Shown: piece by piece, positions 38,911 to 49,244 of the stretch
Layout: every line of letters starts with the position of its first letter
Position numbering within the stretch: the first letter of the stretch is position 1
Assembly: GCA_965243605.1 (NCBI GenBank)
Contig: CBDEVQ010000112.1
Location: 2,325 to 66,324 of the forward strand
DNA: 64,000 bases
Direction of reading: 5' to 3'
Source: Flavobacteriales bacterium
Lineage (GTDB): Bacteria > Bacteroidota > Bacteroidia > Flavobacteriales > CAJXXR01
Program-made: the position numbers and the translations under genes
The notes under the pieces: model-generated
Database searches by the model: none
The model's input: the letters and a program-made list of their open reading frames with translations, nothing else
What the model was told of the DNA's origin: nothing

Positions 38911-39336
38911 ATGACAACAACTACAAATTCTGTTGCTCCAAAATCTCTGAAAATTATTGCAATATTAGCTATCTTATGGAACCTTATGGGCGTTATGTCT
39001 TATATAGGACAAAGCTTAATTACTTCAGGCCAAATGGAAGGAGATGACCTTATGATTATGGATTACCCAGCTTGGGTAACAGCGGCCTATGCTACAGCTG
39101 TATTTTCTGGTTTTATTGGAAGTATAACTTTATTAATGCGAAAAAAGATTTCTAATCTATTGTTTATTCTTTCTTTAGTTTGTGTTATTGCTAAAAGCAT
39201 ATATGACTATACGATAGTAGACAATGCATATTTTTACACAACAGGTGCTCTCGTATTTTCAGCATTAATATATCTTATTGCTATTTATTTAATTATGTAT
39301 TCTAAAAAAGGAATGGATAAAGGTTGGTTAAATTAA
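38911..39336 (+). CDS. Hypothetical membrane protein (4 TM helices)
   Basis: The ATG-initiated ORF starts MTTTTNSVAPK. The track start is an upstream TTG. Hydrophobic segments run throughout. Confidence 0.6.
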   Translation: MTTTTNSVAPKSLKIIAILAILWNLMGVMSYIGQSLITSGQMEGDDLMIMDYPAWVTAAYATAVFSGFIGSITLLMRKKISNLLFILSLVCVIAKSIYDYTIVDNAYFYTTGALVFSALIYLIAIYLIMYSKKGMDKGWLN

Positions 39337-39363
39337 TTAACTCTTAAATATGTATACAAAAAA

Positions 39364-39393
39364 AAGGAAGGTTAATTTAACCATCCTTTTTTT
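39364..39393 (+). terminator. Rho-independent terminator
   Basis: AAGGAAGGTTAA / TTAACCATCCTT stem (one mismatch), then T7. Confidence 0.65.
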
Positions 39394-39562
39394 ATATAAC
39401 TCCTTTTTAATGGATCATTTACTTACAAATTCGAGCTCTTATTATATAATTTCAATTAAACCATAAGATTCCCCTCCCTATCCTACAACATTAAAACAAT
39501 CTAAAAATCAGTAAAATACAAACTACTATTCTTACAAATACCATAAATACGGTAGAAAATTT

Positions 39563-39597
39563 ACTTCCTTATTTATAATTATTTAAAATAAGGAAGT
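39563..39597. promoter_or_regulatory. Perfect 12-bp inverted repeat (candidate operator) upstream of the suf operon
   Basis: ACTTCCTTATTT, 11-nt spacer, AAATAAGGAAGT. The right arm ends 20 nt upstream of the -7 box, so it covers the expected -33 region. Confidence 0.45.
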
Positions 39598-39616
39598 TTA
39601 ATCTTAATTTTATGCT

Positions 39617-39624
39617 TAATTTTG
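39617..39624 (+). promoter_or_regulatory. Candidate -7 box (TAATTTTG) for the suf operon
   Basis: Matches TAnnTTTG, 38 nt upstream of the ATG at 39662. Confidence 0.45.
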
Positions 39625-39661
39625 CAGAGCTAAAATTCAATTTTTCAACCAACAAAGAAAG

Positions 39662-39991
39662 ATGATAAAAATAACAGAAGAAGCCCGAAATAAGCTAATT
39701 AGCTTAATGAAGGAAGATGGAAAATCTCTATCTGAGTCATTTGTACGCGTTGGTGTTACAAGTGGTGGATGTTCTGGTTTGTCTTACAAACTAGACTTCG
39801 ACAGTGAACGAAAAGAAAATGATCAATTAATCGAAGATGGAGATATCCGCATTCTTGTGGATAAAAAATCAGTCCTTTACCTTGCCGGAACAACCTTAAA
39901 TTATTCGGGAGGATTAAACGGAACAGGATTTGTTTTCGAAAACCCAAATGCAAGTCGTACTTGTGGTTGCGGTGAAAGTTTCTCATTATAA
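39662..39991 (+). CDS. sufA: HesB/IscA-family iron-sulfur cluster insertion (A-type carrier) protein
   Basis: C-terminal CGCGESF motif plus an upstream Cys (GGCSG). It sits immediately upstream of sufB. Confidence 0.85.
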   Translation: MIKITEEARNKLISLMKEDGKSLSESFVRVGVTSGGCSGLSYKLDFDSERKENDQLIEDGDIRILVDKKSVLYLAGTTLNYSGGLNGTGFVFENPNASRTCGCGESFSL

Positions 39992-40020
39992 TCCATTTTT
40001 TGAACCCCTACATAAATCCG

Positions 40021-41484
40021 ATGGAAGAAAATCAAAACTTATCTGAAGACGATAAAATATTACAGGAAGTAACCAGTTCCGAGTATAAATACGGATTCGT
40101 TACAGATATTGAGTCAGACACCATACCTAAAGGATTAAACGAAGATGTTATTCGTTTAATTTCTTCAAAAAAGAATGAACCAGAATGGTTATTAGAATGG
40201 CGTTTAAAAGCGTATAAAACATTCTTAGGAATGCAAGAAAAAGAATGGGCAAATGTGACCTACAAAAAACCTAATTTACAAGAGGTTTCTTTTTACTCTG
40301 CTCCTAAACAAAATGTTGACAATCCGAAAAGCTTAGACGAAATTGATCCAAAATTATTGGAGACATTCGGAAAACTAGGAATTTCTCTTGAAGAGCAAAA
40401 ACGATTAACTGGTGTTGCCGTTGATATCGTTGTAGATTCAGTTTCTGTTGCGACTTCTTTTAAAGAAAAACTAGGAGAATTAGGTATCATATTTTGTTCT
40501 ATTTCTGAAGCTATTCAAGAGCACCCAGATTTAGTAAAAAAATATATTGGTACAGTTGTTCCTCCTGCAGACAATTATTATGCGGCATTAAATTCAGCTG
40601 TTTTTACAGATGGATCTTTCTGTTACATTCCGAAAGGAGTGCGTTGTCCTATGGAACTCTCTACATATTTTAGAATTAACGAAGGTGGTACTGGACAATT
40701 TGAGCGTACATTACTTATATGTGATGAAGATGCTTATGTAAGTTACCTAGAAGGTTGTACAGCCCCTCAACGTGATGAAAATCAATTACACGCTGCGGTA
40801 GTTGAGTTAATTTCTATGGATAGAGCCGAAATTAAATATTCTACAGTTCAAAACTGGTACCCTGGTGATGAAAATGGAGTTGGTGGTGTATTTAACTTTG
40901 TTACTAAACGTGGAATTTGTCATACCGATTCTAAAATATCTTGGACTCAAGTAGAAACGGGTTCTGCTGTAACTTGGAAATATCCTTCTTGTATTTTACT
41001 TGGAGATAATTCTGTTGGAGAGTTCTTCTCTGTTGCAGTAACAAACCATTATCAACAAGCAGATACAGGTACAAAGATGATTCATGTTGGTAAAAATACC
41101 AGCTCAACAATTATCTCTAAAGGTATTTCGGCAGGAAAGAGTAATGGTAGTTACCGTGGTTTAGTTAAGATTAATAAATCTGCTGAAAATGCACGTAACT
41201 TCTCAGAATGTGATTCATTATTAATGGGTGATACATGTGGTTCTCACACGTTCCCTTATATAGAAGTGGATAACGATACAGCGCAAATAGAACACGAAGC
41301 TACAACATCTAAAATTGGTGAAGATCAATTATTTTATTGTAACCAACGTGGTATTCCAACAGACGAAGCCATTGGACTAATCGTTAATGGATATTGTCAG
41401 GCTGTTTTAGAAAAACTGCCAATGGAATTTGCTGTTGAAGCGCGTAAATTACTATCCCTATCCTTAGAAGGATCTGTAGGTTAA
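40021..41484 (+). CDS. sufB: Fe-S cluster assembly protein SufB
   Basis: About 487 aa with a conserved SufB core ([24 protein letters not shown]). I trimmed the TTG extension to the ATG at 40021. Confidence 0.95.
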   Translation: MEENQNLSEDDKILQEVTSSEYKYGFVTDIESDTIPKGLNEDVIRLISSKKNEPEWLLEWRLKAYKTFLGMQEKEWANVTYKKPNLQEVSFYSAPKQNVDNPKSLDEIDPKLLETFGKLGISLEEQKRLTGVAVDIVVDSVSVATSFKEKLGELGIIFCSISEAIQEHPDLVKKYIGTVVPPADNYYAALNSAVFTDGSFCYIPKGVRCPMELSTYFRINEGGTGQFERTLLICDEDAYVSYLEGCTAPQRDENQLHAAVVELISMDRAEIKYSTVQNWYPGDENGVGGVFNFVTKRGICHTDSKISWTQVETGSAVTWKYPSCILLGDNSVGEFFSVAVTNHYQQADTGTKMIHVGKNTSSTIISKGISAGKSNGSYRGLVKINKSAENARNFSECDSLLMGDTCGSHTFPYIEVDNDTAQIEHEATTSKIGEDQLFYCNQRGIPTDEAIGLIVNGYCQAVLEKLPMEFAVEARKLLSLSLEGSVG

Positions 41485-41508
41485 ACCCCAATTTAGAACA
41501 CAAACATC

Positions 41509-42246
41509 ATGTTAAAAATAAATAACTTAGAAGCTCGAATAGAAGCATTCGAAATTTTAAAAGGAATCAATTTAGAAATTAAGCCAGGTGAAGTTCATGC
41601 CATAATGGGTCCTAACGGAGCTGGTAAATCAACATTATCTTCTGTAATTGCAGGTCGTGATGATTATGAAGTAACTGGAGGAGATATTGAATTAGACGGT
41701 GTAAGCTTATTAGACCTTGACCCAGAAGAGCGTGCTCATGAGGGTATTTTCTTATCATTCCAATATCCTGTTGAAATTCCAGGTATTTCAGTTTCTAATT
41801 TTGTAAAAACTGCCGTTAACGAATCTAGAAAAGCAAAAGGTTTAGAGCCAATGCCAGCTAAGGAGTTATTAAAGAAGATGAAAGAAAATCAAAAACTTCT
41901 TGAAATGTCTCCTAAATTCTTAAGCCGTTCTATGAACGAAGGATTCTCTGGTGGTGAAAAGAAACGTAACGAGATTTTCCAAATGGCAATGTTAGAGCCT
42001 AAATTAGCCATCTTAGATGAGACTGATTCTGGTTTAGATATTGATGCCTTAAGAGTTGTTGCAAATGGTGTAAATAAATTAAAAAGCGAAAACAACGCCG
42101 TATTAATTATTACACACTACCAACGTTTATTAGATTATATTATTCCTGATTTTGTACACGTTTTAGCCGATGGTAAAATTGTGAAAACAGGTGGTAAAGA
42201 ACTTGCTCTTGAATTAGAAGAGAAAGGATATGATTGGTTAACTTAA
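41509..42246 (+). CDS. sufC: Fe-S cluster assembly ATPase SufC
   Basis: Walker [10 protein letters not shown], signature [11 protein letters not shown] and Walker [12 protein letters not shown]. Confidence 0.95.
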   Translation: MLKINNLEARIEAFEILKGINLEIKPGEVHAIMGPNGAGKSTLSSVIAGRDDYEVTGGDIELDGVSLLDLDPEERAHEGIFLSFQYPVEIPGISVSNFVKTAVNESRKAKGLEPMPAKELLKKMKENQKLLEMSPKFLSRSMNEGFSGGEKKRNEIFQMAMLEPKLAILDETDSGLDIDALRVVANGVNKLKSENNAVLIITHYQRLLDYIIPDFVHVLADGKIVKTGGKELALELEEKGYDWLT

Positions 42247-42258
42247 GATTCTGTACAT

Positions 42259-43518
42259 ATGAATTGGATAGAAAATATTAACCCATCTATGTTGGATCAA
42301 TTTACAGATTCAACAGATCGAACAACTCAATTAGAGGCGTTTAAATCGTTGGGGCTTCCTACGCGTACAAACGAAGAATGGAAGTATACAAACTTGAAAA
42401 AGTTTCTAAACACAGACTGGAATCTTGATAACCTACCTACCGAAGTAGAAATTAGTGTACCAGAAAAAATTAGTGAAAACGCCCTTCAATTTGTCTTTGT
42501 AAATGGATTATTTAGCCCTGAGTTATCAGATGCTTTCCCATCTACAGTTACAATGTCTAACATGGCTAATGCAACACAATTACCAGATTCTTTTGGTAAA
42601 ATTGCAGAAAAAGAAGGAGATTCTTTATTAGCATTAAACAAGGCGACTTACCGTGATGGTTTATTCATTCACGTAAAAAAGAGTCAAATTGTTGAAGAGC
42701 GAATAGAACTTGTTTTTATTAACAATAGTACTGAAGCGTCATTAACTGCTCCACGTAACTTTTATGTGGTTGAAGAAAATGCGCAAGTAAAAATTACGGA
42801 AAGACACTTTAACCAAGGTTCTGTTGAACATTTTACGAATGTACTTACCGAAGGTGATGTTGCTGCTAATGGTCGTTTAGTGATTTGTAAAATTCAAAAC
42901 GATACGATTTTATCTACAATGATTGATCATACTTGGATTCGTCAAGATAAACAATCGCATGCACAAGTAGATACATTTAGCTTTGACGGTAAATTAGTGA
43001 GAAACAATTTACAATTTTTACACATTGGTGAACATTTAGAATCTCATTTACGTGCCATTACTATTGGAAAAGGAAAAAGTCATATTGACCACTCTACTTT
43101 AGTAAACCATGCTATGCCTAATGGATTCTCTAACCAGATGTACAAGGGTATTTATGGCGATAAATCTAATGGTGTTTTTAACGGACGTATTATGGTTTGT
43201 AAAGATGCTCAAAAGACCAATGCTTTCCAACAGAACAATAATATCTTAACAAGTAAAAATGCTTCTATTGATACTAAACCTCAATTAGAGATTTTTGCAG
43301 ATGATGTTAAATGTTCTCATGGTTGTACAATTGGACAAATGGACGAAAAGGCTATTTTCTATTTACAACAACGTGGTGTTCCTAAAAAAGAAGCGATTGC
43401 TTTATTAACATTTGCTTTTGCAAACGAAGCTTTAGAGAACATTACTGATGATGCTTTAAACTTATTTATTCGCCTTGAAATTGCAGCCCAATTAGGTGTA
43501 AATATCGATTTAGAATAG
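42259..43518 (+). CDS. sufD: Fe-S cluster assembly protein SufD
   Basis: It follows sufC and has a SufB/SufD beta-helix C-terminal region (CSHGCTIGQMDEKAIFYLQQRG). Confidence 0.9.
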   Translation: MNWIENINPSMLDQFTDSTDRTTQLEAFKSLGLPTRTNEEWKYTNLKKFLNTDWNLDNLPTEVEISVPEKISENALQFVFVNGLFSPELSDAFPSTVTMSNMANATQLPDSFGKIAEKEGDSLLALNKATYRDGLFIHVKKSQIVEERIELVFINNSTEASLTAPRNFYVVEENAQVKITERHFNQGSVEHFTNVLTEGDVAANGRLVICKIQNDTILSTMIDHTWIRQDKQSHAQVDTFSFDGKLVRNNLQFLHIGEHLESHLRAITIGKGKSHIDHSTLVNHAMPNGFSNQMYKGIYGDKSNGVFNGRIMVCKDAQKTNAFQQNNNILTSKNASIDTKPQLEIFADDVKCSHGCTIGQMDEKAIFYLQQRGVPKKEAIALLTFAFANEALENITDDALNLFIRLEIAAQLGVNIDLE

Positions 43519-43548
43519 AATAATTTCATTCTTCTTATATAAATAAAA

Positions 43549-43583
43549 AGCCTCCAGATACATAATGTATCTGGAGGCTTTTT
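43549..43583 (+). terminator. Rho-independent terminator ending the suf operon
   Basis: AGCCTCCAGATACAT / ATGTATCTGGAGGCT stem, then T5. Confidence 0.8.
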
Positions 43584-43645
43584 ATTTAACATCTATGTGT
43601 TTCACACTTCAATATATCTTACAATATCACTTTTAAACGATTAAT

Positions 43646-44230
43646 TTATAATCCTAAAACCTGCTTTATTAAATCGTCTTTACTAAATTGAAGCATCTGA
43701 TCAACTATTGGATTATTTGGATCTTCTGTTTTCAATTGTTTTAACTCTGCCTTTCCTTTATCCACCTCTCCTATTAAAATGTAAGACACAGCTCTATTTA
43801 AACGATTACTCATATATGAAGCTTCAAGTCCTTTATCATTGATGCGAGCTGAATATAAATCGATACTTTTTGAATAACTAAGGTTTGCTTTTTTATGATA
43901 ACCCAAATGAGAATACAGCATACCTAAAAAGCTCCAAGCTTCAGCCATTTCAGGCTGTTTTGACACGATGGTTTCATTCTCTAACATAGCCTTGTCAAAT
44001 TCCTTTCTATTTAAATAGATATTAACTTTATTTGAGTGCGGCATCATATAAGTTTCATCCATCTTTATAGCTTTATCAAATAAGATTAATGCACTATCCA
44101 CTTTACCATTTTGCAAATATCCACCTGCTTTATTATTCATTTCAATAGCTTCTTGCTTATAAACAGGATTATCTTGTCCACAACAATATAATGATGTCGT
44201 AATTACAAGTAAAATTAATAGACGTTTCAT
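43646..44230 (-). CDS. Secreted tetratricopeptide-repeat protein
   Basis: Signal peptide, and TPR-like repeats with the A..F.KA pattern repeated several times. Confidence 0.7.
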   Translation of the reverse strand: MKRLLILLVITTSLYCCGQDNPVYKQEAIEMNNKAGGYLQNGKVDSALILFDKAIKMDETYMMPHSNKVNIYLNRKEFDKAMLENETIVSKQPEMAEAWSFLGMLYSHLGYHKKANLSYSKSIDLYSARINDKGLEASYMSNRLNRAVSYILIGEVDKGKAELKQLKTEDPNNPIVDQMLQFSKDDLIKQVLGL

Positions 44231-44356
44231 AAATTTAATAGAGTTAAATTACATTGGTAAATGTAGTCATTATATTGAATACAATAGCTTAAGTAGATCT
44301 GGTTTACGATAAACTTAATCCCTCTAAACATTACATTTAAAGGGGTATTTTTATTT

Positions 44357-45412
44357 TCAATACTTCTTTCGCTTTTGAGCATGTCTGATAAGCTTACTTA
44401 GATTCTTACCACTTTTCTTTCGTTCTTGAGACGATTGTGCATAATGTTCTTCTTCTCGTTTAAGCTTTATATAACTATAATAAACGTCTTCCGATAAAAT
44501 ACTATTTTCTAAAGCTTCTAAAACCATACAACTTGTTTCGTTTGTATGGGTACAATCCGAAAATCGGCATGTTTTAGCTAAATCTGTAATAGCCTCAAAG
44601 GTTTGCTCTATACCTTTGGAATGATTAGACATTCCCACCTCTCGCATTCCTGGTGTATCGATAACTATACTTCCATCTGGCAACACAAAAAGCTCCCTAT
44701 TCGTGGTTGTATGTTTCCCTTTTTGATTACTCGTGCTAATTGAATTTGTCTTTAAGTCCTTTTCATATAGTAATCGGTTAATTATAGTGGATTTCCCAAC
44801 TCCAGAAGATCCAATAAAGCAATAGGTCTTAAATCTCAATAAGTCGTCTTTAAAGGGGATAAATCCACCGTCACTATACATACTTAATGCATATAATTTA
44901 ATTTGAGAATGTCTTTGCTTAATTTGAGCTATATATTCTTGAACTTCTCCATCCTCTATTAAATCGGTCTTTGTGAGTAATACAATAGGTTCTATTCCTC
45001 CTTCATTACATAAAGTAATATAACGATCTAACCGATTTAAATTATAATCCTGATTCACGGCCATTACAATAAAGGCAGCATCTATATTGGTCGCTATTAA
45101 TTGGAGTTCATTGCTCTTACCTACACGTTTACGTTCTAGTGTTGAATATCGGTTTAAAACCGACTTTATAACCACTGAATCTTTGTCCATGGGAATAATC
45201 TCTACCCAATCGCCAACGGCAGGGAAATCTTTTGGGCTATTAGAAGCATATCTAAGACTTCCTATAATTTGCGCATAAAATACCCGTTTTTCATTTTTAA
45301 CGATATATCGGTCTTTATGCACTGTAATAACTCTTGCTAGTTGAGTTTGTATTGTTGAATATTCTTGATTTATTTTTATGATTTGTTCTGTAAATCCTAA
45401 TGTCTTAAGCAT
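44357..45412 (-). CDS. rsgA: Ribosome small subunit-dependent GTPase A
   Basis: Circularly permuted GTPase (TKTDL before GSSGVGKSTIIN) and a C-terminal zinc knuckle, CRFSDCTHTNETSC. Confidence 0.92.
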   Translation of the reverse strand: MLKTLGFTEQIIKINQEYSTIQTQLARVITVHKDRYIVKNEKRVFYAQIIGSLRYASNSPKDFPAVGDWVEIIPMDKDSVVIKSVLNRYSTLERKRVGKSNELQLIATNIDAAFIVMAVNQDYNLNRLDRYITLCNEGGIEPIVLLTKTDLIEDGEVQEYIAQIKQRHSQIKLYALSMYSDGGFIPFKDDLLRFKTYCFIGSSGVGKSTIINRLLYEKDLKTNSISTSNQKGKHTTTNRELFVLPDGSIVIDTPGMREVGMSNHSKGIEQTFEAITDLAKTCRFSDCTHTNETSCMVLEALENSILSEDVYYSYIKLKREEEHYAQSSQERKKSGKNLSKLIRHAQKRKKY

Positions 45413-45792
45413 TGCTTTTGTCTTAAAAAAATGATTTGATATACAGTATTACTCAAGCTTCAAATCTCTTTTTATATTTGAATATGAGCCTATGTAAGAT
45501 CAAAATGTTTAAATGAAAAAGTTGAAGCATAGCGCTTCCTTCAGCGATAAAAAATGCTGATACAATGAGAAAGGTCGACAAGTTGATAAGTATAATTTCA
45601 TTTAGTTTTCACTAAATAAATACTCTAAAACTTGTCTATTAAACGGACTCCGCCGTTCTTAATGTATTTACAAAATGGTTTGTCATAAAGGTACAAAGGT
45701 AACTAGAAATTGGGAAATGCACAACGCATGTATTATGTTCAATACATCATTCGCAACATTTTATCTAGTGCTTTATTAAATCATTTTTTCTA

Positions 45793-47457
45793 TTAATTGA
45801 TCGTAATAATCTTTTCTGTTGCCGACCAATCCTTACAAGACACACGTATTACATAGGCTGTATTTTGATATCTTGAAGTATTAAGTTCTAAAACATTGAG
45901 GTGTGTTTGTTCTGAATACAGTAGCTGTCCTTTTAAAGAATAAATTTCTACTGTTTTTATTCCTTCCAAAGAAAATGCCTCGTTCACGTTAATTTCAACT
46001 GTCTTTTTTGATGCATTTACATAGGTTGTAAAATAGACATTATCAACATCATGTTCTCCAACTGATACGGGATCTCCTGTAACATCAAAATTAGAATATT
46101 TAGCCACAAAGCCATCAGTTAAACCATTAGAGGTAACGATTGTTGTTCCCAAATCAATATCTAAATCGGCTGGATTATAAAACCATCCACACATTAATAA
46201 GGTGTCTTCATATATTTTAATGTCATGTACTCCTGACACCGTACCCAAAAACTGAGACATTGCTAAGTAATTAAAATCACTATCATACTTTGCAATATAA
46301 CTAGCACCCTGAGATGTTGTATGGATAATTTCATTTACAGGATCAAAATTGGCATAATCAAATAAATATCCTACGAGGTAAATATTCCCTGAATCATCTG
46401 TGAAAATTTCATTTGGATTCGGACCTTTATTATCATAGGCTTTAGCCCAAATAAGTTCTCCAGAATTTGAAAATCGGCTGACAAAATTAAACATGGTTGG
46501 AGGATTCTGAGTCACCTCTGAATAATCATATATCATCTCTACAATATTACCTCCTCCATATATTTGAGAATTTCCCCAATAATCTCCATAAATAATGAGA
46601 TCTCCATTGTTCGCTTTGCGAATAAAACCACTTCTAAACATTCCTTCAGTATGCCCGTATAAAGTGGTATCAATCAAGTTACCTGTTAATACATTATACC
46701 TTTCTAAAACCAATCTATTGGTTTGCAGATGATAATTACTCATTTGAAATGAACGGATACATTGAATTTCGGATTGATTAATAATCTCAGGATATCCACC
46801 TATTTTATTAGACCATTGTATATCTAAATTTGTATTCAACTTTGTTATTGAGTCACCTCCATAAGCATATATAGATCCCAAATCATCCTTAAAGAAATGA
46901 TTGTCATAAACGTTAATTCCATTACCATGTATTCGATTACCTTTTATAAAATTTCCATTATTATCATACTTAATGATAAATCGTTCATGAATACTTAAAG
47001 GTCCCCCGTTCAATATTTGAGTATTATTAGAAGGATCAAAATCTATTTCGCCTTCACCAACTCCCATGATATATATATTCAAAGAATCATCAAGTAAAAT
47101 TTCAGATGCAATATCATAACCAGATAAACCCAAAGGTATTATCCATAACAGAGACATATCTGGATTATATTTTGCTAAGAAAGCATCTCTAGTTTCCATT
47201 TCTAAACCTGGAGCAAGATTAGTTGAATCTACTACATTTTCATAGATAGTATCTATTGAATTAAAATGAACCGTATCTGAAAATTGACCAACAACATAAA
47301 TATTTCCAAAGGTATCTTTTATAAGGCTATGCGGCCAATCGTTAGTCACTCCACCAAAAGAGGTATAAGATTCTAATGTTTGGGCATAAGATATAGACGA
47401 GAATAAACTAACTATTATTAATAGAATCTGAGCAATACATTTCATATTAAAGTCCAT
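45793..47457 (-). CDS. Secreted beta-propeller-repeat (SBBP-like) protein with a T9SS C-terminal sorting domain, paralog 1 (alternative start 47445)
   Basis: Signal peptide ending SISYAQTLE. Recurrent D..GNIY..G motifs. The C-terminal roughly 80 aa resemble Por_Secre_tail (IYSLKGQLL...YVIRV...TEKIITIN). Confidence 0.8.
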   Translation of the reverse strand: MDFNMKCIAQILLIIVSLFSSISYAQTLESYTSFGGVTNDWPHSLIKDTFGNIYVVGQFSDTVHFNSIDTIYENVVDSTNLAPGLEMETRDAFLAKYNPDMSLLWIIPLGLSGYDIASEILLDDSLNIYIMGVGEGEIDFDPSNNTQILNGGPLSIHERFIIKYDNNGNFIKGNRIHGNGINVYDNHFFKDDLGSIYAYGGDSITKLNTNLDIQWSNKIGGYPEIINQSEIQCIRSFQMSNYHLQTNRLVLERYNVLTGNLIDTTLYGHTEGMFRSGFIRKANNGDLIIYGDYWGNSQIYGGGNIVEMIYDYSEVTQNPPTMFNFVSRFSNSGELIWAKAYDNKGPNPNEIFTDDSGNIYLVGYLFDYANFDPVNEIIHTTSQGASYIAKYDSDFNYLAMSQFLGTVSGVHDIKIYEDTLLMCGWFYNPADLDIDLGTTIVTSNGLTDGFVAKYSNFDVTGDPVSVGEHDVDNVYFTTYVNASKKTVEINVNEAFSLEGIKTVEIYSLKGQLLYSEQTHLNVLELNTSRYQNTAYVIRVSCKDWSATEKIITIN

Positions 47458-47493
47458 TTTTTTAACATCACGAATTCGTTCGTATAGCTAATA

Positions 47494-49146
47494 CTAATTA
47501 GCTTTAATTATCTTTTCAGTTGCCGACCATTTAGCGTTGGATACCTCCACTAAATACATAGCTTTTGGAAAGCTAGATATATCAAATTCTATTGTTTTTG
47601 AGGAACTTTCTATTGTTTTTAATACTTTCCCTTCTATATTGTATATGGATATTCTATTTACATGTTCAGCTGATAACGACTCTGAAATATTTATCTGGAT
47701 TGTATTTCCAAATACTTTTGAATAAACCTTAAAAAAGGTATTATCACCAATATGTTCTTCAATAGAAATAGGTTCAGATTCATTTGTTAAATTTTCAAAG
47801 TCTGAATATTTTAACACGAATATATCTCGTAATCCATTCGTTTCAATGGAATCTTCACCCAAAGTAATATCAATATCAATTGGAAACTCAAAATCTCCAC
47901 ACAAATATGCTGTATCTTCAAATAATAACAGATCATTTATATTCGAATGATCTCCTATAACTTGAGACATTCCTATATAATTGAATGTACTATCATATTT
48001 TGCAATGTATGAACTTGTAAAACAATTTGCTACATGAATTACAGGTGTTGAAGTCGAAAAATTAGCTGCATTCTCAAACTTTCCAGAAACATAAATATTT
48101 CCATTCTGATCTTCCTCTATAATATGTGGGTATGGATGTTCTCCTTCTATTGTTTTTGCCCAAAGCAAATTACCAGAACTACTATAGCGACAAATAAATG
48201 CATTTGACATATTACTCACCCCGTCCGGTAGATAATTATAATTCTCAAATTCGATTGTATCATTATCATCATAAAACACTAAGTCTCCCCAATAATGCCC
48301 ATACAACATGAGATCACCGTTTTGCATTTTATTTAAAGAATTCATAGTACACCAACCATCATTATATCCATAAACCAAAGAATCTAATAAACCTCCGGTA
48401 ACCGAGCTATATTTATCTAATACAATTTCATATTCAACCATTGGTCCAAGTACGTTGTAAATAGATCTAAGACTGTTAATTTCAGAAGTATTTATCACCT
48501 GCGGACCAAAGCTTATATTTTCAGTCCAAATTAACTCTAAATCCGATGTATATTTCGAAAGTGTATCATCTGCAAATACAAATAGATTCCCTAGTTCATC
48601 TCTTAGTAAACCCTTTTTTCCAGAGAAACTAGTTGGATAAAGAAATAAAGAACTGCCACCTACGGTTTCATTAACAGCTATAAAAACACCATCACTTCCA
48701 TACTTGGCAATAAATCCATTTCCTTCTCCTAAATCTAAAGTATCTATATCATTCGAAGGATTAAAGTCAATATTCCCTCCCCCATATCCAATAACATATA
48801 CATTAAGAGAATCATCCAAAATAATATCTGAAACCTGATCCCATTTATCTCCCCCCATTGTTACAGCCCATATAAGGTCCATATTTGCATCGTATCTTGC
48901 AATAAAACCATTCGTATAATTACTATATGGAGAAGATATAATACTTGCTGTATCATTTGGGTTTATATCCAATGTATCAGCTATTCTTCCAACCATAAAA
49001 ACATCACCATTTGGGGCCCTTTCAATTGAGTAAGCATGATCGAAAAATGTTCCTCCACATAAAAGAGATGCCTCTAAAGTTTGAGCATAAGAAATTGTGT
49101 AAGAAAAAACGAAAACAATTTGAAGTATTGATAAAATAAATTTCAT
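47494..49146 (-). CDS. Secreted SBBP-like protein with a T9SS C-terminal sorting domain, paralog 2
   Basis: Same architecture as paralog 1 and alignable along its full length. C-terminus: ISIYNIEGKVL...YLVEVSNAKWSATEKIIKAN. Confidence 0.8.
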   Translation of the reverse strand: MKFILSILQIVFVFSYTISYAQTLEASLLCGGTFFDHAYSIERAPNGDVFMVGRIADTLDINPNDTASIISSPYSNYTNGFIARYDANMDLIWAVTMGGDKWDQVSDIILDDSLNVYVIGYGGGNIDFNPSNDIDTLDLGEGNGFIAKYGSDGVFIAVNETVGGSSLFLYPTSFSGKKGLLRDELGNLFVFADDTLSKYTSDLELIWTENISFGPQVINTSEINSLRSIYNVLGPMVEYEIVLDKYSSVTGGLLDSLVYGYNDGWCTMNSLNKMQNGDLMLYGHYWGDLVFYDDNDTIEFENYNYLPDGVSNMSNAFICRYSSSGNLLWAKTIEGEHPYPHIIEEDQNGNIYVSGKFENAANFSTSTPVIHVANCFTSSYIAKYDSTFNYIGMSQVIGDHSNINDLLLFEDTAYLCGDFEFPIDIDITLGEDSIETNGLRDIFVLKYSDFENLTNESEPISIEEHIGDNTFFKVYSKVFGNTIQINISESLSAEHVNRISIYNIEGKVLKTIESSSKTIEFDISSFPKAMYLVEVSNAKWSATEKIIKAN

Positions 49147-49244
49147 TTGATTAAAACATTAAATTAATAAAGACGAAAATAAGACATTAAACTATTTTTT
49201 TACTGTATATCAGTTAAAAAAAAAATCGACAATATAACCTTTTT

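Noticed and set aside
43519-43645. The suf operon stops after sufD, with no sufS, sufE or sufU downstream.
   Set aside because: A strong terminator follows sufD, and the cysteine desulfurase may simply be encoded elsewhere. This cannot be assessed from the window and is not treated as an anomaly.
45413-45792. The 380-bp non-coding spacer between rsgA and the first SBBP paralog has several small hairpins. Examples are GAAGC-ATAGC-GCTTC near 45525-45540 and ATGTAT-N8-ATACAT near 45735-45755. I considered an sRNA, riboswitch or tRNA here.
   Set aside because: There is no tRNA cloverleaf or T-loop motif. I recognise no conserved riboswitch core. The stems are only 5-7 bp and lack a flanking promoter/terminator pair. 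The evidence is insufficient to call an RNA gene.
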